From: Acanthaster planci
Taxonomy: Eukaryota
Reading direction: 5' to 3'
Assembly (NCBI RefSeq): GCF_001949145.1
Contig: NW_019091357.1
Coordinates: 1,853,704-1,917,703 of the forward strand
DNA length: 64,000 nucleotides
The notes beneath the pieces are model-generated. The model ran no database searches, was not told the DNA's origin, and saw only the letters and a program-made list of their open reading frames with translations. Positions within the stretch are counted from its first letter, which is position 1; each line of letters begins with the position of its first letter. The position numbers were made by a program, and so were the translations under genes. Shown here one piece after another: positions 1 to 13,600 of the stretch.

Positions 1-615
1 AATGACATGTATCAGGTCATGCGTGTTTTCACAATAGAAGCTGGTCTGCGAAAACCCAATGTCAGAACCAGTTCAGGGAGCTACAAAGCACCGACATTTT
101 GCTAAAACATAGAAAATGTCAACCTAACAGAAAGAGTATTCCATCCCATTAATTCAGGTGATGCCGGTTAATATACTATTGACTGGTTTATACGAGGTCA
201 TTTTTTTTCTCAGCGCATTTATTTCTGAAGCCATTATTTGAGCAGCGCAGTACAAAGTTATATTCACTAGGTGGCTATCTTAAATCCTGTTCCCCGAATT
301 CACAAGACTAATCGAGCACTCTGAAGCGGGGAGGTGCCCAACTTTTTTTTTTCTGAAACTATAGGGTTTGTCTCACTTTGAACAATATTTTCATATCAGC
401 CCAAAAGTGGCATGTCTATCCAAAATGTGGAACTACACTGAGGGAGCACGATGATATATTGCTCCCACACCCCTAAATTTTTGAAACAATTTTTACTGGG
501 GCTGCCTATTTCAATTCAAGATGGGCGACGGGTGCATAAAGTCAAGTAAGCCCTGGTCATGTTCTGCTCAAGATCCAAAAGTAAGTCGGTTATGTTGAAC
601 TTCTTTGTTGTGCAG

Positions 616-3470
<2,855 letters not shown>

Positions 3471-4176
3471 CAAGAGAAGGGAGAGACTTAATTCAAGATG
3501 GCATTAAAGTCATCCTTGGACTGACTAGACATCACAGATGCAGAGGGACATTAGCCTAGATGGGATAAATGGATTAGATTGTCGTAGTGGCTAGATGACA
3601 ATACTTGTTATTTGCACAATTGAAAAAAAAATGACATGGACATCGATAGAGTTTCAAAGTATATGTACTGCATGGACATTTGGGACTCGAACATTAATGG
3701 AAAACATCAAAGAAGGGTTGAACTTGTACAAGACGGAGAAACAGGGATGGGACAAAAGCACGTTGATATCAGAGGGAGATCGGCTTTATTATACTGTTGT
3801 AAGAGTTTGGATTGTAATTGCATAAAATTCAACATAATGTTAACTGAATTTTCTCAGTTTGAAAAGCAAAAGGTGAAGGGTTGAACGTTATTTGTTCATT
3901 TGAAAAGCTAAAAACAATAATGTTAGCAACATATTGATTGGCATGAATTGTAAATCCTTGCGTAGATGAACACTCCTATAAACCAGGCGTTTTGACTGAA
4001 ATTAGTGTCTACCGGCTCAGTTATTGCTGTGTGACTGCTAAGATGAACTAGTCTTGCTTAAGTTGTGATACACTTGGCATTTGTTATCTTCTTGTCTGTT
4101 ACTCATTTTGATCTTATAAGCCAGTAAAGGCAACGATCCGTCAGCACACTCCATATTGCAGTGGGCCTTTGGGCAT

Positions 4177-4298
4177 ATAGAGGCTTTGCATGGCTGCCAT
4201 CTTGTAGGCATGTGCTTCTGTTCCCCAGGGAAATCTGTTTGCATACACCGCGGAACAAAAGCACTGGTATGCAAAATGGCAGTCATGCAAGCCCTCTA
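4177..4298. mobile_element. Short palindromic MITE-like element, family B copy 1
   Basis: Imperfect inverted ends TAGAGGCTTTGCATGGCTGCCAT...ATGGCAGTCATGCAAGCCCTCTA; a related copy lies at 43215-43335. Confidence 0.6.
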
Positions 4299-4699
4299 AT
4301 GGGGCGTCAGTTTTCTGGAAGCGAGACTTTACTGAGTTTGACCAGTTGATCACTCCTTTAACATCGTTACATTTAAGCAGGGACACGGAGACATTTCCAA
4401 CTGGGGTTTTCGTGGTACGCCCTTTTTGTTAGTGCGTGACACTAGCGACAGCACTGCTGGGGACGATACGTAAGCCTACACTGGAGGATATTGTGCACGT
4501 GATCTGAATCGGTTAACCTCTGCTTTCCCATAGCGGTGCATGCTAAATCATGGCGCTGTAAATTGTGAAAGATAGTGTACATGTGCAAATAATGTCTTTA
4601 ATACAAGGAGTTTGGACTTTTGAGGGCAGCACCCGTCCGGCTTTTTTTCTTATCTTCATGCTGTCGAAAGATTGATGAAATTGAGTAGGCCTACGTGAC

Positions 4700-5391
4700 A
4701 GTTTGTCCTACGCTGAGCAACGCGTCTCTGAACCAAACGCACGCGGGTTGATTCGTTTCCTAGTACACTGGTAAGTACAATGCTTGCTGGTGGGGTCTAT
4801 GAGAGTTTTTGTACCGCTTATGACCGTATAATTATTGTAGCGAGGGGATTTCATTGTTTTAAAAAAGATTGCTGTGATTGTTTTGTTGTAGTTTAATGGG
4901 AAAAGTTGTCAAGTGAATGAAATGGAAATATCACGCCACTTCGACAACTTTTCGGTTATGTCAGCGGCAGATCGAACTCTAACTTATTCACATTCCGTAT
5001 GTGGGCTTTATTTCTTGTGAAATTCGACATCTTAAAAGAAGCCTAAGTTCAGTGTTGCCACCAAGATCCGTAATACAGGCCACCAAGTATATTAGGGACA
5101 AAGAACATCCTGATTCAATCAGCATTTCAGATTAAAAGCCTTGCATCACTTTCCTTTCATTTAATTGTCAAGTTCCGGTCCACCTTCGCGGTGCTTCTTC
5201 GATCTTCCTTTCGTCAACCTTTTATCGTAGTTTTCCTTGTTCACCTGCCAATTATTTGATTTTGCGTGTGTATGTGTTTCACATGTCAGTTGTTTTTGAA
5301 ATTTATTCTGTGGTTCCGAAATGTACGTTTATAGAGCACTGAAGCAAAGCTTATCAATTCTAACCATTTTTTTTATTGCTCGATATTGTAG
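4700..5391 (+). other. Putative non-coding first exon (ending 4770) and 5'-UTR intron (4771-5391) of the UGM-like gene
   Basis: Strong donor CTG|GTAAGT at 4770/4771, and acceptor TTTTTTTATTGCTCGATATTGTAG| at 5391, just upstream of ATG 5426. The start of this exon is a guess. Confidence 0.4.
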
Positions 5392-5425
5392 GCTGGACAC
5401 GACGACTGTTCCATGCACCATAGGA

Positions 5426-8400
5426 ATGGCGAGTCAATGCAACTTTGTCAGCAGCTCACTGGCAGTCTTTGCCCTCGTTTGTCTTCTCCTGTCTCGCTTC
5501 AACCAACCTCTGGAAGCCAAACTGGCCAAACCCGACCACGCAGTGCTAGATCGGGCGCCAGTACCGGATCCTGATCTCGGGGATGCCACAAAATCCCCCC
5601 TGGCCGGGGAGACATCTTTTGGCGGCAGCGACCAAGGTGAGGAGAGAATAGAAGAAACTGACGGCATGTCAAGGGTAGACTGGTATAAACGGCCGAAAGA
5701 CAACCGACTTGGGGATTCAGGAGACGTCGAAGACCACTGTGGTAAGCAGATCAGAAAAATTTTTTTCGGTTGCGTTTTTGGCAAGGATGGGATCAATGTG
5801 GGGCTGAAATGACGCCCATCGAGTTATCGTTAACGTCCAATACTCAGGCCTCTTGAAGATTTTGAACCATCGGAGGCCAAAAAAAAACCAGTTTAAAACT
5901 TGATCACACATACCGGTGATCACACATACCGGTAGATAAACTAAACTTAGCATTGTTCAGAATAGTGACGATCGATGGTTTGCGGTTTCTATATGCTTTT
6001 GACTTTGGATAGCAAGGCAACCATGTAACCTTTCCTCCTTTTTTGAAAAAAGTGCAGCTGTTCTTGATTTAACTTGGTCTGATTTCCCCTTTCATGTCAT
6101 CTAGCCATTCCCGACATTTTGTCCCAATGACATTGTTCAAGTGCTTCGAGATAATTTAAAATTGTACACACTGAAGTTCAGAGTTTCATTCGTAATTCAA
6201 AAGAAACTGTAGTAAAAACGGTCCTCGAACAAGATCAGTAGCCATCCGGTTGAAACAAAAATTGGGTGTTGAATTTCAATGTTGAATCAATTTTGAAGGT
6301 GTTAAATTTATTTTCTATAATTTGGCACTTTCGACTGCTTTGGTGTGAACTTGAACGCATTTCCATGTTGCTGTGTTAATTCTTAATTAAGGCATAACCA
6401 CGCAAAAGAGGAAATGCTGGTTTTTCAGTCTTCAGTTTGTAGAATTTCTCTTTATCGTTTTCTTTCCTCTCAGAAATCTACCCTGATCGATGCCATCACA
6501 AGGATAACAGACACCGAATCGTCATCATCGGCTCCGGTCCTACCGGTCTGGGAGCAGCCCAGAGACTCTACGATCTCAAACAGGAAGACAATAACACCGT
6601 GGTCACCATCTTAGAGGAGCAAGATAAGCCAGGAGGCCTGGCCTCGTCTGAAAGGGACGATCAGGGATTTCTCTGGGACATCGGAGTCCACGTCGTCTTC
6701 TCCCACTACACCTACTTCGATCGAGTCCTGAATCTGGCCGTGCCCGAGTGGAACTACCGTCGCCGGGCGTCTTTTGCCTTCATGATGGGATCGGATGGGA
6801 TCAGACGCTTCATACCCTACCCCGTTCAGAACAACATCCACACCATGGACAAAGTGGATCAGCAGCGAAGCCTGTCGGGTCTGGAAGAGATCGCCAGGTT
6901 CCCGGCCGGCCGGAAACCCAAGAACTTCGACGAGTGGCTGCTGCAGAAATTCGGGGCGGGCCTCGTTGATGTCTTCATGAGGAAGTACAACCGGAAGATT
7001 TGGACAGTGGACACCACAGAGATGAACTCAGCCTGGGTCGGCGAGCGGGTTGCTGTGCCAGACATTGACGAAATCAAGACCAAGATTGCGGAGGTGGACA
7101 GTGGGGCAAACGCTAAGGATTCCGAGTGGGGACCCAATCGCTTCTTCCGTTACCCGAAATCCAACGGCACGGGTGGTATGTGGGAATCAGTTGCTAGACG
7201 CCTCCCGAGGCGATGGTTCAATTTTCACTCCAAGGTCACCGGCATTGACATTGACCGGAAAGAGATCGCTGTTGAGGTGGGCAAAGATATCAAGAGTCGC
7301 CACACTATGAAATACGATAAACTAATATCCACGGTCCCTCTAGATAGTTTTGTCGGTTTTGTTAAGAGCAGCGATGCGTTACTCAGTGACCTGCAGGGAC
7401 TGGCGTCCCAGCTCATCAACACCCACACTCACATTGTGGGCGTGGGTCTGCTCGGTCAGCTACCCCCAACCCTCGCCGATAAATCCTGGGTTTATTTCCC
7501 GGACTCCGATTCTCCGTTTTACCGCCTAACGATGTTCTCCAATTATTCCGACGACCACGTGCCAGACCCGGCCGCTCACTGGTCGCTCATGTGCGAAATA
7601 GCCGAGCCGGAAATGAGCTCCGATCCAGCGTATTGGAACAGAGACAATTTAGTCAACGAGTCAATACGAGCCTTAGTCTTGTACGGCTTTATAACTGCTG
7701 ATATGGTGATCTCCAAACACTACCGTCGAGTAGAACACGGATATCCTGTTCCTTCTTTAAGTAGAGACATGATCCTTGACAAAGTCCAACCTTGGCTACG
7801 GTCCAAAGACATCTACTCCCGCGGCCGGTTCGGAGGTTGGAGGTACGAGGTTGCGAATCAAGATCATTCCTTCATGCAAGGGGTCGAGGCCGTGGACAAC
7901 CTTGTCCACGGCGTTCCGGAGTTAACGTATCCGGACCCGAATTTGGCCAACTCCAAGAAGAACACGGATCGAATTATCCCGCTGGACTTGGAGGTCGTTG
8001 TAGCCGCTGAACGAGACGAGAGCCTGGAGTGGCTGAAGCCGTTTGCTGAACACACCCTGGTGTACCACTTAGGAACTGACTTGGGACCGTCGCTCCAATT
8101 CTACGCCTGGCAGCGCCTTGAAAGTGTCCATGTCAGAGCACAGGTATTTCTGCACCACATCTGTGTGAATTACAACCAACTGGCAGACCTGACGATCTTC
8201 ACGCAGGGAGACGAGGAGACGAGCAGGTGTCTTCGTTGCCTGAGGAACCCGCGTCAGTTGCCCTCTGCTCCGATTCGGGTCGATCCATGTGAGTGGAGAG
8301 ACTGTTACGGCGACAGCTTGGAAGCTGGTGGCGATCATCAGTTCCCGCGATGTTCCCAGGACAACCCGGCGAGCATGGCCAAAATTGTGCCCGTCTTGAA

Positions 8401-8596
8401 TCAGAATTGTTGGGGATCTGCGATGCCGCTGACGCGACACTGCTGGAACGAGTGCTTCGGAGCAACTAAGGAAATGATTCAGAAACATCCGCTGGATCGT
8501 TATTACCAAGCCTTTAATGATCTGGGTAGAATTTCCGATGAAGATGAAGATAAGGGTGACTTTCTACAGACATTGTGGATTAGAATTTTTACCTAA
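5426..8596 (+). CDS. glf: Eukaryotic-type UDP-galactopyranose mutase (FAD-dependent) with N-terminal signal sequence and C-terminal DUF3431-like domain, ~812 aa
   Basis: Exons 5426-5741 (phase 1 donor G|GTAAG) and 6474-8596. The spliced product restores the Rossmann motif RIVIIGSGPTGLGAA upstream of ORF 6599. Motifs collinear with fungal/trypanosomatid/nematode UGM: PGGLASS..GFLWDIGVHVVFSHY.YFD, PYPVQNN, FMRKYNRKIW, WVGERVAVP, WGPNRFFRYP..GTGGMW, DKSWVYFPDSDSPFYRLTMFSNYS, HGYPVPS, SRGRFGGWRYEVANQDHSFMQGVEAVD, ELTYPDP. Confidence 0.88.
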
Positions 8597-8737
8597 TTTC
8601 CTGAGGTATATTTCACGCACCCACGAAAGATGCTACTTCTAATTCACGAGGATCAACACCTGTATGTTTTAAAATATAGTAGCTCTACCAATCAAGTAAT
8701 TCTTCAGCTTCTAGATCGAGTAAACAGTCAGCTCATT

Positions 8738-8808
8738 GACTGCGTTCTACGCTCTATTCTTTCGTTTAGACGGTGGCTGCGTTCTACGCTCTGTTCTTTC
8801 GTTTAGAC
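8738..8808. repeat. Two-copy tandem repeat (~38 bp unit) in the UGM 3' region
   Basis: CTGCGTTCTACGCTCT(A/G)TTCTTTCGTTTAGAC occurs twice in tandem. Confidence 0.7.
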
Positions 8809-10002
8809 TGTTATCGAATGAATGAGATGATAGAAATATGAATTTATTTGTAAACGGATTTAAACATTTTATGATTTGTGCCAATTGTTATCAATATCAA
8901 GGAAAATAATTCTCGAATTGGTATAAGGCGTTAGGAAGTTGTCTGTGTTAACAGTTTTCCTGCACTTTTGAAATATCAACTATGGTCATAACTACCGTGC
9001 ATTTTAGTATTATCCGTGTACTGTCTTTAATTACGAGTGCGTTCGTTTATTTTATTTTGTTAATTTTTAAATCGTCTTTTTTGCGCCGATGGCCGCCCAT
9101 AAAACCTGAGGCCAAGCATAGACATGGAGGAGAAACCCCAGGTCTATGGGCCAAGATTGCATGCACCGGACTAAAACAGGCGCCCATAGAAAAGAGCGCC
9201 AAATCAGTGAGAAACAGCGCCGCCTAGTGACGCTCAGGGACAGCTTGGTCTTGTGTGTTTCACTGCAAAGTCAAGATTATTATGACACCTCGGCCCAAAA
9301 TGCTTTTCATCATTACCAGTGTTCAATTTTTTAATTCTCCCCTCCCGCAAAATCCCCCCCCCCCAAAAAAAAAGTAGTCAAACTCCAGGTCTGAATTTAG
9401 CCACTCGCCTTTCTGCAAAAGTCCACAAAATGCAGGTTTTTGAGAGTAAAATATCCCAAGTTAGAAGCCACAAGTCCCAAATGTTTGTTCACGTCGGTCC
9501 CGTTGGATCTCAAAATATTAATGAGCTCGCGCGCAGGAATCTACCGAGTGGAATGCACCCCTTAGACAAAGGAGTCCAAAGTAAGGCGGTTTTTTAAGGG
9601 AGAAAACTTGAGAGGAAAGCCTTACACCAAGCCCAATTTATACATTTTACTCTCTACTTTTACTACTCGTATTTTGAACTCCTAACTTTTCCCCTCGCTT
9701 TACTCTTTGGTTTCTGAATGCCATCACGCCACGGGATAAGACTCACCACATCAGCGATCAAAATAAAGACTTCCGTGGACTCAATTGCTTGATTCGCAGC
9801 AATGGCTAATGTAGGGCGTCAGACAGCTCTGACGAGGATTACGATCCAGGTTCAAATGTTATTACACAAAAGACTCGCAAAGTATCTTCTTTCGTCGGGT
9901 AAAGAGGACATTTTACTAAAATTTCCGTTCCATCGGAAATGACAAGGAAACCCCATTATTTTTCGTCTGTTTTGCATATAGAATATTCCCTTAAGCAATG
10001 CA

Positions 10003-10176
10003 AATACGGGCGTCACAGAATACAAACCATGAGTTTGAAATGCGTCGCCCAATCACAACGCGCGAAATTTGTCCACCCTTTTCAAACGCGCATTGGGTCG
10101 ACAGATTGTGCGCATTGTGATAGGCCAACACAATGCAAACTCTTGGTAGCGCACTATATTATGAATTGCCCGTATT
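10003..10176. mobile_element. Palindromic MITE family A, degenerate copy
   Basis: AATACGGGCG...CAAACTCTTGGTAGCGCACTAT...GAATTGCCCGTATT, homologous to 14390-14565. Confidence 0.7.
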
Positions 10177-10656
10177 ATAAGCAGTAGATGTAACCTGCTT
10201 GAGTCAATGTCCTGGTATAGGAAAGCATTGGTAGATAATCATTGGACGTGAATAATTATTACACAAAATAATTCAATCCTTGCTGTTACTGAGCGAAAGA
10301 TTTTATTTTTTTAGTTCATACTGATTACAGGCCAAGTAGCTTAATACAGCTTATTCTAGAAAAGGTACTGCGTTTAATGAGTGCTTCTTCAAAAATCATT
10401 TGGAGTACAAGCGGTTTTTTATAGCGGAAGTAAAGGGGAATCTGGAAATCCTTTCTTTTTTGGGGGGGTGGTTGTGGGCATTAAATTCTAACAAAAAAAA
10501 TAAAAATTACAAATTGGTTGAAAAGCGTTGTTTCAATTAACAAAATTCATTTAGGTGAACACGAATTTTTCTCTACCGGAACTGGTCACGTGACAGATTT
10601 TCTCCAAATAGAAGTTTTTGGTATGGGAAGAAGATTAGACAGCACCAAGCGGATGG

Positions 10657-13600
10657 TTAATCTCTTTTGGGGCGACGTCCCCCACGTCTCCGACTGCAAC
10701 ACGTGTACCAGAGTAACACGTTTGCGCCACAAATGACAGCGAAAACCAGCAGCAAGATCAGATAAACATCGATGAGGTTACGCTGGACGAAGTTCAGGTC
10801 AAACACGGCCGGGCGGAGGTGGTTCCCGCCGAACTTGGTCACGTGAAGGATCCAGTTCGCGATGGTCTCCGCTGGAGGGTTCATTCTCACCAGATCTCGA
10901 AGAATCGCGGAGTAATGCTGTGCGTTCTTGCGGTACCTGAGAGTCAAAAAGGAAGCAAGACAGAATGGATCCCAATAGACCTCTGTACCGATGACACCGC
11001 ACGTTATTTCATGTGTGCTTACCTATCAGTGGACCCTGCACCCTACTGGCTCCACAGGAATGCGCATGACATGTAAACACGGCGTGACATCATCAGTACA
11101 TGGGTATGTTGTCACGCGTTCCTGAGCTTGGATTTTATTTCTGAGCTTCACTTTTCCCTACGAGATGTTTGAAGTGTGTTTTGCGAGTATACTTAATTTG
11201 GGTCTGTTCTGTTCTGCCATTGGTGGCTGTAATTGCAATTTTTTGATGGAGGAAGTTCATGTGAGTTTGGAATATGGGCGATTCACAATAGTGCGTCACC
11301 AAGAGTTTGCAACGCGTTGGCCAATAGTAAAGTGCGAAATCTGTCGACCCTTTCCTAACACGCGTTGGGTCGACGGATTTCGTGCATTGTGATTGGTTAA
11401 CGTGTCGCAAACTCTAGGAAAAGCCCGTACTGTTTAAATGTGGCTGCACAGGCGTCGCTAAACTCTTGTAAACGGGGGAGTCATCTTGAAATTTTCCGAC
11501 GGACATGGTAGACTGATTCCCATCTGATTCCCTGACCTAACATTTAAGAAACCCCCTTCCTTCCTCTTTCGTTCTTTACTCTTTCCTAACCAACCATGAC
11601 TATGCCGACAAAACTGGCCCGGGGGTGTGGCACCCCTACCCTCATCCCCGTATAGCGACACCTGTTTCCGTGACTGAAACTGAACCTGGGGACAACTTAC
11701 TTTGGATTATTAACTACCTCCACGACGGCGTCCCGTAACCTGTCCGATGTCACGCTGGTAATGTCGCCGAGAGAGAGGGCGAAACCTCGGGCCACGGCGC
11801 GGTCGTTGTTGTCAAACATGTCATGTAGAAGCGGTATGCTGACGATCGGGAGTCCGGCCCATAACGCTTCCTGCACGCTGTTGATCCCACACTGAGTCAC
11901 AAACGCTTTGGCGTTCTTGTGTGCTGTACACAAAATGGAAGAAAAACCAAATGTCAACGAGAGATTTCCAAAGGAGCTCAATTTCTTCCAAATGTTTTTT
12001 CTCTGTTTATTGATGTGAATCCTGTTTGTTTCCTTTTTGCCTTTTAAGTTGCCTCATGTGGAGGACATGAGCCGTTCGTCTTGTCTTGAGCCGTTCTTTT
12101 TGTCATATACATGTTTTACGCAGCACTGAAATTTCTTGATTCTCCTTGCATTTGAATGCTTAATCCGAAGCCTTTGCCTGCATTTGAGTTGTTTTCTTGG
12201 CAACCAGCGTCAGTTTCTTCAAGCTATTGTCTTTTTATTCTCTGTCTTTTTTCCATATACGTCTACGGCCTTGTTAGGTTAAGCAGATCGCCTCTTTGGG
12301 ACACATCTCTTGAGTACCATTGGGATTCTAGCAGTTGATTTCAGATTTGGTGACACTCGACTTTTACGGGTCTCTTCACTTTACTTATTTTATTTCAGTT
12401 CAACTTACACAAGAGCTGCAAGAGGGGGATCCAGTTGACCATTTTGGTGTTCTCGCCGAGGTTGAGACCGGTGAAGTTGATGTTGGATTGCCAGAGGACC
12501 TTCTGGGGCAGCAGAGCGAAGCCGTCGGCAAACATTTGCGCCTGTTCGACCTCCATCGCCTCGACATGGGAACCGAGGGAAAATATGACGAATCCGGCCA
12601 GAGCTTCGTCAACGAACTTGGCAACATCATCCCGGAGCTGGAAGTAAGAAAAAATAACAGAAACACTCATGTTTGGACGTGCCTTCAAGAACCCGACCAT
12701 GACAGTAGTTGTTGCAAGGGAGCATATCATTGGCAAATATAAGGCCTATAGAAATAGCTTCTCCTGGCATAGTCGTCGCATTACAATTTTAAAAAGGTGC
12801 CTGAAGTTTTCTTTGTTTTCATTTTGCATATTGATCTCTGCTTTTGCACTTGTCTGGTTATGCTTTTTAAAAGCTAACGTAAGTGCACCTTAAACTATAA
12901 GGGACATCTTTATCTAGGCATGACGTCACACTTGAGGTTTAGGATTGCTGGTTACCTTCTGCCAATATTATTGATACGTTAGGGAACCAGCCCCACTTTT
13001 TATCGGAAAGGTGAAATTAAAGTTTTCGATCTTTTTCTTGACCAGTGAGGGCACAATTGCTTTCATGCCATTGAAGAAAGACACTCTATATTTTTCTCGT
13101 TAAAAATGTGAACGTTACATCTTGTTTTGCACTGAAAATATTTAAGAGAAGAACAATTAATCATTCAAGAAAAGGATTAGAGGATTAGATATTCCATCCC
13201 AGGGTTTACTGAAATCTTATAACTGAGCAGTTGCTGCACGGGGGTTTCCTGCGAATGGTATATCCCACTGTTGCCCATGAGTACCTCGATTTGCATGAAC
13301 ACAAAAGCCCCAAACAGAAATAATACATTACATGCGCCCTGTATATGCCACTTCCTTTTCTACTTTCTTACCGTGTAGTTCTCTCTCTTCCCGCCAATTA
13401 GAGAGGCATACATGAGCGTATTCGGCTGCATCGGTCGGGGAAATTCTAACGGATAGTTCATGTTGAACACCCACAGCCGAGCTTTCATGAGGGACTCGGT
13501 GATGTGAACTTCTGGTTTAATGTTGTACTTCACTTTAAGCTGCTGGTACCGCGTGGGGAAATCGGAAAATATGTATTCACTTGTCCAGTGGAAAATGTAG

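Noticed and set aside
6599..8596. ORF 6599 as a stand-alone bacterial gene or a protoporphyrinogen oxidase
   Set aside because: The GTG start lies after the Rossmann motif. The frame extends to a splice acceptor at 6474, the motifs are UGM-specific, and the context is clearly eukaryotic.
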